Of a stretch of DNA of 64,000 nucleotides, positions 38,901-46,959 are shown one piece after another. Position numbers and translations under genes: made by a program. The notes beneath the pieces were generated by a model, which had not been told where the DNA came from, made no database searches, and saw nothing but the letters and a program-made list of their open reading frames with translations. The number at the start of each line of letters is the position of its first letter. Position 1 is the stretch's first letter. The DNA comes from Escherichia coli (GTDB lineage: Bacteria; Pseudomonadota; Gammaproteobacteria; Enterobacterales; Enterobacteriaceae), in the NCBI RefSeq assembly GCF_024700885.2, contig NZ_CP117016.1, one strand, 5' to 3'.

Positions 38901-39406
38901 AAGGCGAGCAGGTTCGGATGGTGTTAATCGATCCCGTGTGCCGACAGGATTTCTGTTGCGAAAACCGGGCGGCCCTGCTGCGCCTGTTAGCCGAAGGACA
39001 AACGCCTCTGGCACTGCCCGAACATTTCGACCAGCAGACGCCCGACAGCCAGCTTGCCGACTTTATTAGCCTCGCTAAAACGGCCGGTATGGTGTCGCAA
39101 AACCTGACGCTGCAAGCGGCAGAAACGTGGCTCGACAACATCGCGCATCTGCTGCGTTTACTGACTGAGCATACGCCGGGCGAAAGCGTTCCGGTCCCCT
39201 GTCTCATGGTGTATGCCGCCGGGAGACCCGCGCACTGGACGCCAGCAGAAACCGAGTGGCAGGGCTGGATAAACAACGCCGACGACGCTGTGATTGAAGC
39301 CAGCCACTGGCAAATCATGATGGAAGCCCCCCACGTTCAGGCTTGTGCGCAACACATTACGCGCTGGCTTTGCGCAACCTCAACGCAACCGGAGAACACG
39401 TTATGA
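29915..39406 (+). CDS. irp1: yersiniabactin PKS/NRPS hybrid HMWP1 (KS-AT-MT-KR-ACP-Cy-MT-PCP-TE)
   Basis: 3163-aa ORF; KS active site TACSSSLVA, AT GHSVGE, SAM motifs ILEVGGGTGG and ILEVGAGTAA, KR GAFGGLGR, ACP LGMDSLL, Cy DLLQFDVQS, PCP GGDSLMATRM, TE GWSYGA. Confidence 0.95.
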   Translation: MDNLRFSSAPTADSIDASIAQHYPDCEPVAVIGYACHFPESPDGETFWQNLLEGRECSRRFTREELLAVGLDAAIIDDPHYVNIGTVLDNADCFDATLFGYSRQEAESMDPQQRLFLQAVWHALEHAGYAPGAVPHKTGVFASSRMSTYPGREALNVTEVAQVKGLQSLMGNDKDYIATRAAYKLNLHGPALSVQTACSSSLVAVHLACESLRAGESDMAVAGGVALSFPQQAGYRYQPGMIFSPDGHCRPFDASAEGTWAGNGLGCVVLRRLKDALLSGDPIISVILSSAVNNDGNRKVGYTAPSVAGQQAVIEEALMLAAIDDRQVGYIETHGTGTPLGDAIEIEALRNVYAPRPQDRRCALGSVKSNMGHLDTAAGIAGLLKTVLAVSRGQIPPLLNFHTPNPALKLEESPFTVPVSAQAWQDEMRYAGVSSFGIGGTNCHMIVASLPDALNARLPNTDGGRKSTALLLSAASDSALRRLATDYAGALRKNADASDLAFTALHARRLDLPFRLAVPLNRETADALSTWASEKSGAQVYSGHGASGKQVWLFTGQGSHWRTMGQTMYQHSTAFADTLDRCFSACSEMLTPSLREAMFNPDSAQLDNMAWAQPAIVAFEIAMAAHWRAEGLKPDFAIGHSVGEFAAAVVCGHYTIEQVMPLVCRRGALMQQCASGAMVAVFADEDTLMPLARQFELDLAANNGTQHTVFSGPEARLAVFCATLSQHDINYRRLSVTGAAHSALLEPILDRFLDTCAGLHAEPGQIPIISTLTADVIDESTLNQADYWRRHMRQPVRFIQSIQVAHQLGARVFLEMGPDAQLVACGQREYRDNAYWIASARRNKEASDVLNQALLQLYAAGVALPWADLLAGDGQRIAAPCYPFDTERYWKERVSPACEPADAALSAGLEVASRAATALDLPRLEALKQCATRLHAIYVDQLVQRCTGDAIENGVDAMTIMRRGRLLPRYQQLLQRLLNNCVVDGDYRCTDGRYVRARPIEHQQRESLLTELAGYCEGFQAIPDTIARAGDRLYEMMSGAEEPVAIIFPQSASDGVEVLYQEFSFGRYFNQIAAGVLRGIVQTRQPRQPLRILEVGGGTGGTTAWLLPELNGVPALEYHFTDISALFTRRAQQKFADYDFVKYSELDLEKEAQSQGFQAQSYDLIVAANVIHATRHIGRTLDNLRPLLKPGGRLLMREITQPMRLFDFVFGPLVLPLQDLDAREGELFLTTAQWQQQCRHAGFSKVAWLPQDGSPNAGMSEHIILATLPGQAVSAVTFTAPSEPVLGQALTDNGDYLADWSDCAGQPEQFNARWQEAWRLLSQRHGDALPVEPPPVAAPEWLGKVRLSWQNEAFSRGQMRVEARHPAGEWLPLSPAAPLPAPQTHYQWRWTPLNVASIDHPLTFSFSAGTLARSDELAQYDIIHDPHASSRLMIVEESEDTLALAEKVIAALTASAAGLIVVTRRAWRVEENEALSASHHALWALLRVAANEQPERLLAAIDLAENTPWETLHQGLSAVSLSQRWLAARGDTLWLPSLSPNTGCAAELPANVFTGDSRWHLVTGAFGGLGRLAVNWLREKGARRIALLAPRVDESWLRDVEGGQTRVCRCDVGDAGQLATVLDDLAANGGIAGAIHAAGVLADAPLQELDDHQLAAVFAVKAQAASQLLQTLRNHDGRYLILYSSAAATLGAPGQSAHALACGYLDGLAQQFSTLDAPKTLSVAWGAWGESGRAATPEMLATLASRGMGALSDAEGCWHLEQAVMRGAPWRLAMRVFTDKMPPLQQALFNISATEKAATPVIPPADDNAFNGSLSDETAVMAWLKKRIAVQLRLSDPASLHPNQDLLQLGMDSLLFLELSSDIQHYLGVRINAERAWQDLSPHGLTQLICSKPEATPAASQPEVLRHDADERYAPFPLTPIQHAYWLGRTHLIGYGGVACHVLFEWDKRHDEFDLAILEKAWNQLIARHDMLRMVVDADGQQRILATTPEYHIPRDDLRALSPEEQRIALEKRRHELSYRVLPADQWPLFELVVSEIDDCHYRLHMNLDLLQFDVQSFKVMMDDLAQVWRGETLAPLAITFRDYVMAEQARRQTSAWHDAWDYWQEKLPQLPLAPELPVVETPPETPHFTTFKSTIGKTEWQAVKQRWQQQGVTPSAALLTLFAATLERWSRTTTFTLNLTFFNRQPIHPQINQLIGDFTSVTLVDFNFSAPVTLQEQMQQTQQRLWQNMAHSEMNGVEVIRELGRLRGSQRQPLMPVVFTSMLGMTLEGMTIDQAMSHLFGEPCYVFTQTPQVWLDHQVMESDGELMFSWYCMDNVLEPGAAEAMFNDYCAILQAVIAAPESLKTLASGIARHIPRRRWPLNAQADYDLRDIEQATLEYPGIRQARAEITEQGALTLDIVMADDPSPSAAMPDEHELTQLALPLPEQAQLDELEATWRWLEARALQGIAATLNRHGLFTTPEIAHRFSAIVQALSSQASHQRLLRQWLQCLTEREWLIREGESWRCRIPLSEIPEPQEACPQSQWSQALAQYLETCIARHDALFSGQCSPLELLFNEQHRVTDALYRDNPASTCLNRYTAQIAALCSAERILEVGAGTAATTAPVLKATRNTRQSYHFTDVSAQFLNDARARFHDESQVSYALFDINQPLDFTAHPEAGYDLIVAVNVLHDASHVVQTLRRLKLLLKAGGRLLIVEATERNSVFQLASVGFIEGLSGYRDFRRRDEKPMLTRSAWQEVLVQAGFANELAWPAQESSPLRQHLLVARSPGVNRPDKKAVSRYLQQRFGTGLPILQIRQREALFTPLHAPSDAPTEPAKPTPVAGGNPALEKQVAELWQSLLSRPVARHHDFFELGGDSLMATRMVAQLNRRGIARANLQDLFSHSTLSDFCAHLQAATSGEDNPIPLCQGDGEETLFVFHASDGDISAWLPLASALNRRVFGLQAKSPQRLATLDQMIDEYVGCIRRQQPHGPYVLAGWSYGAFLAAGAAQRLYAKGEQVRMVLIDPVCRQDFCCENRAALLRLLAEGQTPLALPEHFDQQTPDSQLADFISLAKTAGMVSQNLTLQAAETWLDNIAHLLRLLTEHTPGESVPVPCLMVYAAGRPAHWTPAETEWQGWINNADDAVIEASHWQIMMEAPHVQACAQHITRWLCATSTQPENTL

Positions 39407-40503
39407 TGCCGTCCGCCTCCCCAAAACAACGCGTACTGATTGTGGGCGCCAAATTTGGCGAAATGTACCTGAATGCCTTTATGCAGCCCCCGGAGGGGCT
39501 GGAACTGGTCGGCCTGCTGGCGCAGGGAAGCGCCCGTTCAAGAGAGCTGGCTCATGCGTTTGGCATTCCGCTGTATACCTCGCCGGAACAGATAACCAGG
39601 ATGCCGGATATCGCCTGTATTGTCGTGCGTTCGACCGTCGCCGGAGGAACCGGTACGCAGCTTGCCAGACACTTTCTGACGCGCGGCGTACACGTCATTC
39701 AGGAGCATCCCCTCCACCCGGATGACATCAGTTCCTTACAAACGCTGGCGCAGGAACAGGGCTGCTGCTATTGGGTAAACACGTTTTATCCGCATACGCG
39801 CGCGGGACGCACATGGCTTCGCGATGCGCAGCAGCTGCGTCGCTGTCTGGCTAAGACGCCGCAGGTGGTCCACGCCACCACCAGCCGACAGTTGCTCTAC
39901 TCCACTCTGGATTTGTTGTTGCTGGCTCTGGGCGTTGATGCCGTCGCCGTGGAGTGCGACGTGGTTGGCAGCTTTAGCGATTTTCACTGTCTGAGACTCT
40001 TCTGGCCGGAGGGAGAAGCCTGCCTGCTGCTTCAGCGCTATCTCGATCCTGACGATCCAGATATGCATAGCCTTATCATGCACCGCCTGCTGCTGGGCTG
40101 GCCGGAAGGTCATCTTTCGCTGGAGGCGAGCTACGGCCCCGTCATCTGGTCATCCAGCCTGTTTGTCGCAGACCATCAGGAGAACGCCCACAGCCTCTAC
40201 CGCAGACCGGAGATCCTGCGCGATCTGCCGGGTCTGACGCGCAGCGCGGCGCCCCTGAGCTGGCGCGACTGCTGCGAAACCGTCGGGCCGGAGGGCGTCA
40301 GCTGGTTGCTACACCAGTTGCGCAGCCATCTGGCGGGCGAACATCCACCAGCGGCCTGCCAAAGCGTACATCAGATCGCGTTATCACGTTTATGGCAGCA
40401 GATTTTACGTAAGACCGGCAATGCGGAGATCAGACGCCTGACGCCGCCGCACCACGACCGGTTAGCCGGTTTCTACAACGATGATGATAAGGAGGCGCTG
40501 TGA
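39403..40503 (+). CDS. ybtU: thiazolinyl reductase YbtU (Irp3)
   Basis: About 366 aa from Met overlapping the irp1 stop (ttATGATG); N-terminal NAD(P)-binding-like VLIVGAKFGEMY. Confidence 0.85.
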   Translation: MMPSASPKQRVLIVGAKFGEMYLNAFMQPPEGLELVGLLAQGSARSRELAHAFGIPLYTSPEQITRMPDIACIVVRSTVAGGTGTQLARHFLTRGVHVIQEHPLHPDDISSLQTLAQEQGCCYWVNTFYPHTRAGRTWLRDAQQLRRCLAKTPQVVHATTSRQLLYSTLDLLLLALGVDAVAVECDVVGSFSDFHCLRLFWPEGEACLLLQRYLDPDDPDMHSLIMHRLLLGWPEGHLSLEASYGPVIWSSSLFVADHQENAHSLYRRPEILRDLPGLTRSAAPLSWRDCCETVGPEGVSWLLHQLRSHLAGEHPPAACQSVHQIALSRLWQQILRKTGNAEIRRLTPPHHDRLAGFYNDDDKEAL

Positions 40504-41303
40504 CGCAATCTGCAATGTGCATACCGCTGTGGCCCGCCCGGAACGGCAATACTGCGCATCTGGTCATGTGCCCTTTCGCTGGCGGCAGCAGTAGCGCGTT
40601 TCGCCACTGGCAAGCTGAGCAACTGGCTGATTGCGCGCTTTCTCTGGTGACCTGGCCGGGGCGCGATCGCCTTCGCCATCTGGAACCGCTCAGAAGCATT
40701 ACACAACTGGCGGCACTGCTGGCGAACGAGCTGGAAGCATCCGTATCGCCTGACACGCCGCTTTTACTCGCCGGGCACAGCATGGGGGCGCAGGTGGCGT
40801 TTGAAACCTGCCGACTTCTGGAGCAACGGGGGCTTGCGCCACAAGGACTGATTATTTCCGGGTGCCATGCCCCGCATCTGCATTCTGAACGCCAGCTCAG
40901 CCATCGCGATGATGCCGACTTTATCGCTGAGCTGATAGACATTGGCGGATGTTCTCCTGAACTGCGGGAAAACCAGGAATTAATGTCGCTGTTTCTTCCT
41001 CTTCTGCGCGCTGATTTTTACGCCACCGAGAGCTATCACTACGACTCGCCCGACGTCTGTCCGCCGCTGCGCACGCCTGCGCTGTTATTGTGCGGCAGCC
41101 ACGATCGCGAAGCCTCCTGGCAGCAGGTCGATGCCTGGCGTCAGTGGCTGAGCCACGTTACAGGCCCGGTGGTGATTGACGGCGATCATTTCTATCCCAT
41201 TCAACAAGCCCGGTCCTTTTTTACGCAGATTGTCCGCCATTTTCCCCACGCATTTTCTGCAATGACCGCGTTGCAAAAACAGCCCAGTACTTCAGAAAGG
41301 TGA
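40500..41303 (+). CDS. ybtT: type II thioesterase YbtT (Irp4)
   Basis: 267-aa ORF with GxSxG nucleophile GHSMGAQVAFE; GTG start overlapping the ybtU stop (GTGA). Confidence 0.88.
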   Translation: MTQSAMCIPLWPARNGNTAHLVMCPFAGGSSSAFRHWQAEQLADCALSLVTWPGRDRLRHLEPLRSITQLAALLANELEASVSPDTPLLLAGHSMGAQVAFETCRLLEQRGLAPQGLIISGCHAPHLHSERQLSHRDDADFIAELIDIGGCSPELRENQELMSLFLPLLRADFYATESYHYDSPDVCPPLRTPALLLCGSHDREASWQQVDAWRQWLSHVTGPVVIDGDHFYPIQQARSFFTQIVRHFPHAFSAMTALQKQPSTSER

Positions 41304-41306
41304 CGC

Positions 41307-42884
41307 ATGAATTCTTCCTTTGAATCTCTGATTGAACAGTATCCCTTACCCATTGCCGAACAGTTGCACCACTGGGCGGCCCGTTATGCCTCGCGAATTG
41401 CCGTCGTTGATGCAAAGGGGTCGTTAACCTACAGCGCGCTTGATGCACAAGTTGACGAACTTGCCGCAGGTCTGTCATCACTGGGTTTGCGTTCGGGGGA
41501 GCATGTAATTGTGCAGCTTCCCAACGACAATGCGTTTGTTACCCTGCTGTTCGCCTTGTTAAGACTGGGCGTTATCCCCGTGCTGGCGATGCCCTCGCAA
41601 CGGGCGCTGGATATCGACGCGCTGATTGAGCTGGCGCAACCCGTCGCTTACGTTATTCACGGGGAAAACCACGCAGAGCTGGCCCGACAGATGGCGCACA
41701 AACACGCCTGCTTGCGTCATGTTCTGGTCGCTGGAGAGACCGTGAGCGACGATTTTACGCCGCTCTTCTCCCTTCACGGTGAGCGACAGGCATGGCCGCA
41801 GCCTGATGTTTCCGCCACCGCGTTGTTGTTGCTCTCAGGCGGCACAACCGGCACGCCCAAACTCATCCCGCGCCGACATGCCGACTATAGCTATAACTTC
41901 AGCGCTTCTGCTGAACTGTGCGGCATCAGCCAACAGAGCGTGTATCTCGCCGTCCTCCCGGTGGCGCATAACTTTCCGCTGGCCTGCCCCGGTATTCTGG
42001 GAACGCTTGCCTGCGGCGGAAAAGTGGTGCTGACCGACAGCGCCAGCTGTGATGAGGTGATGCCTTTAATCGCGCAGGAAAGAGTGACTCACGTCGCCCT
42101 GGTTCCGGCGCTGGCGCAATTATGGGTGCAGGCCAGGGAGTGGGAAGACAGCGACCTTTCGTCGCTGCGCGTCATTCAGGCAGGCGGCGCCCGGCTCGAC
42201 CCGACGCTTGCTGAGCAGGTTATCGCCACCTTTGACTGTACCCTGCAACAGGTTTTCGGTATGGCGGAAGGCCTGCTCTGTTTTACCCGGCTGGACGATC
42301 CGCATGCCACCATTCTCCACAGCCAGGGGCGCCCGTTGTCCCCTCTGGATGAAATCCGCATCGTTGATCAAGACGAGAACGACGTCGCGCCGGGCGAAAC
42401 CGGGCAATTGTTAACGCGCGGCCCTTATACCATTTCGGGCTATTACCGCGCCCCTGCCCACAACGCGCAGGCCTTTACCGCGCAAGGGTTTTACCGCACA
42501 GGCGACAATGTCAGGCTGGATGAGGTGGGGAACCTGCACGTTGAGGGACGCATAAAAGAGCAGATCAACCGCGCCGGAGAAAAAATAGCCGCGGCTGAAG
42601 TGGAATCGGCACTGCTGCGTTTAGCGGAAGTGCAAGATTGCGCGGTGGTCGCCGCGCCGGACACGCTGCTTGGCGAGCGGATTTGCGCGTTTATCATCGC
42701 GCAGCAGGTGCCAACTGACTATCAGCAGTTGCGTCAACAACTGACCCGTATGGGGCTCAGCGCGTGGAAAATTCCTGACCAAATCGAGTTTCTGGACCAC
42801 TGGCCGCTCACCGCCGTCGGCAAGATAGACAAAAAACGCCTGACGGCTCTCGCCGTCGACCGTTATCGCCATTCTGCCCAATAA
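41307..42884 (+). CDS. ybtE: salicyl-AMP ligase YbtE (Irp5)
   Basis: 525-aa stand-alone adenylation enzyme; core motif SGGTTGTPKLIPRRH and C-terminal GKIDKKRL. Confidence 0.92.
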   Translation: MNSSFESLIEQYPLPIAEQLHHWAARYASRIAVVDAKGSLTYSALDAQVDELAAGLSSLGLRSGEHVIVQLPNDNAFVTLLFALLRLGVIPVLAMPSQRALDIDALIELAQPVAYVIHGENHAELARQMAHKHACLRHVLVAGETVSDDFTPLFSLHGERQAWPQPDVSATALLLLSGGTTGTPKLIPRRHADYSYNFSASAELCGISQQSVYLAVLPVAHNFPLACPGILGTLACGGKVVLTDSASCDEVMPLIAQERVTHVALVPALAQLWVQAREWEDSDLSSLRVIQAGGARLDPTLAEQVIATFDCTLQQVFGMAEGLLCFTRLDDPHATILHSQGRPLSPLDEIRIVDQDENDVAPGETGQLLTRGPYTISGYYRAPAHNAQAFTAQGFYRTGDNVRLDEVGNLHVEGRIKEQINRAGEKIAAAEVESALLRLAEVQDCAVVAAPDTLLGERICAFIIAQQVPTDYQQLRQQLTRMGLSAWKIPDQIEFLDHWPLTAVGKIDKKRLTALAVDRYRHSAQ

Positions 42885-42894
42885 GCGCAAACCG

Positions 42895-42964
42895 ACCCGA
42901 AACAGGTTGAAATAAACCCGTTTCGGGTAGCACTACTATTAGAAATAGTTATCATTTTCAATTC
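42895..42964 (+). promoter_or_regulatory. fyuA promoter: RS palindrome (YbtA site) plus Fur box
   Basis: acccgaaacaggttgaaataaacccgtttcgggtagca (42895-42932) and ttagaaatagttatcattttcaattc (42939-42964) with Fur-consensus-like core. Confidence 0.55.
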
Positions 42965-43014
42965 ACCATTGTCGGTATTTTTGGCGTTTCGCCGTCTTAC
43001 AGGGACTCACAACA

Positions 43015-45036
43015 ATGAAAATGACACGGCTTTATCCTCTGGCCTTGGGGGGATTATTGCTCCCCGCCATTGCTAATGCCCAGACTTCACAGCAAGACGA
43101 AAGCACGCTGGTGGTTACCGCCAGTAAACAATCTTCCCGCTCGGCATCAGCCAACAACGTCTCGTCTACTGTTGTCAGCGCGCCGGAATTAAGCGACGCC
43201 GGCGTCACCGCCAGCGACAAACTCCCCAGAGTCTTGCCCGGGCTCAATATTGAAAATAGCGGCAACATGCTTTTTTCGACGATCTCGCTACGCGGCGTCT
43301 CTTCAGCGCAGGACTTCTATAACCCCGCCGTCACCCTGTATGTCGATGGCGTCCCTCAGCTTTCCACCAACACCATCCAGGCGCTTACCGATGTGCAAAG
43401 CGTGGAGTTGCTGCGAGGCCCACAGGGAACGTTATATGGCAAAAGCGCTCAGGGCGGGATCATCAACATCGTCACCCAGCAGCCGGACAGCACGCCGCGC
43501 GGCTATATTGAAGGCGGCGTCAGTAGCCGCGACAGTTATCGAAGTAAGTTCAACCTGAGCGGCCCCATTCAGGATGGCCTGCTGTACGGCAGCGTCACCC
43601 TGTTACGCCAGGTTGATGACGGCGACATGATTAACCCCGCGACGGGAAGCGATGACTTAGGCGGCACCCGCGCCAGCATAGGGAATGTGAAACTGCGTCT
43701 GGCGCCGGACGATCAGCCCTGGGAAATGGGCTTTGCCGCCTCACGCGAATGTACCCGCGCCACCCAGGACGCCTATGTGGGATGGAATGATATTAAGGGC
43801 CGTAAGCTGTCGATCAGCGATGGTTCACCAGACCCGTACATGCGGCGCTGCACTGACAGCCAGACCCTGAGTGGGAAATACACCACCGATGACTGGGTTT
43901 TCAACCTGATCAGCGCCTGGCAGCAGCAGCATTATTCGCGCACCTTCCCTTCCGGTTCGTTAATCGTCAATATGCCTCAGCGCTGGAATCAGGATGTGCA
44001 GGAGCTGCGCGCCGCAACCCTGGGCGATGCGCGTACCGTTGATATGGTGTTTGGGCTGTACCGGCAGAACACCCGCGAGAAGTTAAATTCAGCCTACGAC
44101 ATGCCGACAATGCCTTATTTAAGCAGTACCGGCTATACCACCGCTGAAACGCTGGCCGCATACAGTGACCTGACCTGGCATTTAACCGATCGTTTTGATA
44201 TCGGCGGCGGCGTGCGCTTCTCGCATGATAAATCCAGTACACAATATCACGGCAGCATGCTCGGCAACCCGTTTGGCGACCAGGGTAAGAGCAATGACGA
44301 TCAGGTGCTCGGGCAGCTATCCGCAGGCTATATGCTGACCGATGACTGGAGAGTGTATACCCGTGTAGCCCAGGGATATAAACCTTCCGGGTACAACATC
44401 GTGCCTACTGCGGGTCTTGATGCCAAACCGTTCGTCGCCGAGAAATCCATCAACTATGAACTTGGCACCCGCTACGAAACCGCTGACGTCACGCTGCAAG
44501 CCGCGACGTTTTATACCCACACCAAAGACATGCAGCTTTACTCTGGCCCGGTCGGGATGCAGACATTAAGCAATGCGGGTAAAGCCGACGCCACCGGCGT
44601 TGAGCTTGAAGCGAAGTGGCGGTTTGCGCCAGGCTGGTCATGGGATATCAATGGCAACGTGATCCGTTCCGAATTCACCAATGACAGTGAGTTGTATCAC
44701 GGTAACCGGGTGCCGTTCGTACCACGTTATGGCGCGGGAAGCAGCGTGAACGGCGTGATTGATACGCGCTATGGCGCACTGATGCCCCGACTGGCGGTTA
44801 ATCTGGTCGGGCCGCATTATTTCGATGGCGACAACCAGTTGCGGCAAGGCACCTATGCCACCCTGGACAGCAGCCTGGGCTGGCAGGCGACTGAACGGAT
44901 GAACATTTCCGTCTATGTCGATAACCTGTTCGACCGTCGTTACCGTACCTATGGCTACATGAACGGCAGCAGCGCCGTCGCGCAGGTCAATATGGGTCGC
45001 ACCGTCGGTATCAATACGCGAATTGATTTCTTCTGA
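43015..45036 (+). CDS. fyuA: TonB-dependent yersiniabactin/pesticin outer-membrane receptor FyuA (Psn)
   Basis: 673-aa ORF with N-terminal signal peptide, plug and beta-barrel pattern, C-terminal aromatic residue (...NTRIDFF). Confidence 0.92.
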   Translation: MKMTRLYPLALGGLLLPAIANAQTSQQDESTLVVTASKQSSRSASANNVSSTVVSAPELSDAGVTASDKLPRVLPGLNIENSGNMLFSTISLRGVSSAQDFYNPAVTLYVDGVPQLSTNTIQALTDVQSVELLRGPQGTLYGKSAQGGIINIVTQQPDSTPRGYIEGGVSSRDSYRSKFNLSGPIQDGLLYGSVTLLRQVDDGDMINPATGSDDLGGTRASIGNVKLRLAPDDQPWEMGFAASRECTRATQDAYVGWNDIKGRKLSISDGSPDPYMRRCTDSQTLSGKYTTDDWVFNLISAWQQQHYSRTFPSGSLIVNMPQRWNQDVQELRAATLGDARTVDMVFGLYRQNTREKLNSAYDMPTMPYLSSTGYTTAETLAAYSDLTWHLTDRFDIGGGVRFSHDKSSTQYHGSMLGNPFGDQGKSNDDQVLGQLSAGYMLTDDWRVYTRVAQGYKPSGYNIVPTAGLDAKPFVAEKSINYELGTRYETADVTLQAATFYTHTKDMQLYSGPVGMQTLSNAGKADATGVELEAKWRFAPGWSWDINGNVIRSEFTNDSELYHGNRVPFVPRYGAGSSVNGVIDTRYGALMPRLAVNLVGPHYFDGDNQLRQGTYATLDSSLGWQATERMNISVYVDNLFDRRYRTYGYMNGSSAVAQVNMGRTVGINTRIDFF

Positions 45037-45044
45037 TTATTGTA

Positions 45045-45074
45045 AAAGGGATACCGAAAAGGTATCCCTTTTAC
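45045..45074 (+). terminator. hairpin terminator downstream of fyuA
   Basis: aaaagggatacc-gaaaa-ggtatcccttttac, 9 bp after the fyuA stop; the 3' T-tract is short. Confidence 0.45.
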
Positions 45075-45606
45075 ACCACTAGTTAAAACCAGTAACTCAG
45101 CAGAGTCGCAAAAAATATTAATCCATAGTGATTATTTAAACAATGAAATTGCGATTAGGATAAATAGATTTAACTTTCTCGTTCCTTTCTCTCCTTATAC
45201 TAAAGAAATAATCATATCAAAATAAAAATTCACAACAGTGCAACATTAAAAAATACAACCAACAAACAATCCTATATACAAGGCACATCTCCAGAATATA
45301 AAAGCACAGACAAACAACCTAAAAAAAACAACCCCATACATATAAATTATTTTATAGGTAAAATAGATTATATATTCTCATAGCTACCACAAACTATACT
45401 AGCCTGAACTATATTTATTCTGCTGCAATCAATGCATACATAACACAAATATCACTCAGGTACACTACTCAAACCACGCTGGGATTTTTCCTCAAGTTAT
45501 AATCATCACCCCGAAAATCATTCGGCATTTACTCATTAAATAGTCACCCCAGGTGATGCTGCCAACTTACTGATTTAGTGTATGATGGTGTTTTTGAGGT
45601 GCTCCA

Positions 45607-45882
45607 GTGGCTTCTGTTTCTATCAGCTGTCCCTCCTGTTCAGCTACTGACGGGGTGGTGCGTAACGGCAAAAGCACCGCCGGACATCAGCGCTATCTCT
45701 GCTCTCACTGCCGTAAAACATGGCAACTGCAGTTCACTTACACCGCTTCTCAACCCGGTACGCACCAGAAAATCATTGATATGGCCATGAATGGCGTTGG
45801 ATGCCGGGCAACTGCCCGCATTATGGGCGTTGGCCTCAACACGATTTTACGTCACTTAAAAAACTCAGGCCGCAGTCGGTAA
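45607..45882 (+). CDS. insA: IS1 InsA
   Basis: 91-aa product [24 protein letters not shown]... (GTG start), the zinc-finger InsA. Confidence 0.88.
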
Positions 45883-46304
45883 CCTCGCGCATACAGCCGG
45901 GCAGTGACGTCATCGTCTGCGCGGAAATGGACGAACAGTGGGGCTATGTCGGGGCTAAATCGCGCCAGCGCTGGCTGTTTTACGCGTATGACAGGCTCCG
46001 GAAGACGGTTGTTGCGCACGTATTCGGTGAACGCACTATGGCGACGCTGGGGCGTCTTATGAGCCTGCTGTCACCCTTTGACGTGGTGATATGGATGACG
46101 GATGGCTGGCCGCTGTATGAATCCCGCCTGAAGGGAAAGCTGCACGTAATCAGCAAGCGATATACGCAGCGAATTGAGCGGCATAACCTGAATCTGAGGC
46201 AGCACCTGGCACGGCTGGGACGGAAGTCGCTGTCGTTCTCAAAATCGGTGGAGCTGCATGACAAAGTCATCGGGCATTATCTGAACATAAAACACTATCA
46301 ATAA
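45801..46304 (+). CDS. insB: IS1 InsB reading frame (expressed as InsAB' by -1 frameshift)
   Basis: 167-aa ORF overlapping the insA 3' end in the -1 frame. Confidence 0.8.
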
Positions 46305-46319
46305 GTTGGAGTCATTACC

Positions 46320-46708
46320 CCGTATTGCAGTGTTATATTCTTCGCTAAATCTTTTATTTCTTTTAATGTTGCGTGATCCTGCATAGTCATTGTGACTAAT
46401 GTTAATTTAGTCTGTTCAAGTTTGAGCGCATTAAAGACTTCTAAATTAATTGTCGACGTAACAATTAATAGATGCTTAATTTTATGCAATTCAAGCGCCC
46501 GAATAACAGGAAAGATGGCCATAGCATCGCCAATCTGATCGGGAATATGTATGACAACAAAGTCTGTTTTTTCAATATTAAAATTATAAGCTTTATAATC
46601 GTAGTAACTAAATGCAATACGTCTCAACAATGATACTAAAAACATAACTAACCTCGCCTCCCTACTGGTTATAATGCAATGCAGTCTATCAGAATCATCA
46701 GGGTGCAA
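46320..46708 (-). pseudogene. yeeL: 5' fragment of a glycosyltransferase-family-9-like gene (yeeL-like), truncated by IS1
   Basis: ORF ...LVMFLVSLLRRIAFSYYDYKAYNFNIEKTDFVVIHIPDQIGDAMAIFPVIRALEL... resembles the N-terminus of heptosyltransferase-type GT9 proteins; its reading frame runs into the IS1 end at 46319. Confidence 0.5.
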
Positions 46709-46959
46709 TTTTGTGCATATGCGGACTTTTATGTTTCATATCTCGAACCTGTGGGCCATCTGCTTAATCCTTAAACAACACCAGCAACTCCTGCGCTTTC
46801 ATCTTCCATCGAATTTTTCATGTTGCCGCTAATCAGCCATAAAATCATTTGCAGATGCGCTCTGTCGAGGTAGTCTCATAAGGTTCGTTTATAGATCGAC
46901 GGCAATGTGAGTTACCTTTTCCATACTAATTATAAAAAGACAGTACAAACAGGATCATT

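Larger units (their letters stand above)
45552..46319 (+). mobile_element. IS1 (768 bp, complete, no flanking target duplication)
   Basis: Terminal inverted repeats ggtgatgctgccaacttactgat (45552-) and atcaataagttggagtcattacc (-46319); insA and insB inside. Flanks gtcacccca and ccgtattgc are not a direct repeat. Confidence 0.92.

Noticed and set aside
24029-39355. Dozens of 60-270-aa ORFs on both strands inside irp2 and irp1 (for example 35429-36244 minus, 271 aa)
   Set aside because: All lie within or antisense to the two mega-synthetase genes, whose frames are continuous and carry all expected catalytic motifs; high GC content generates long spurious ORFs.
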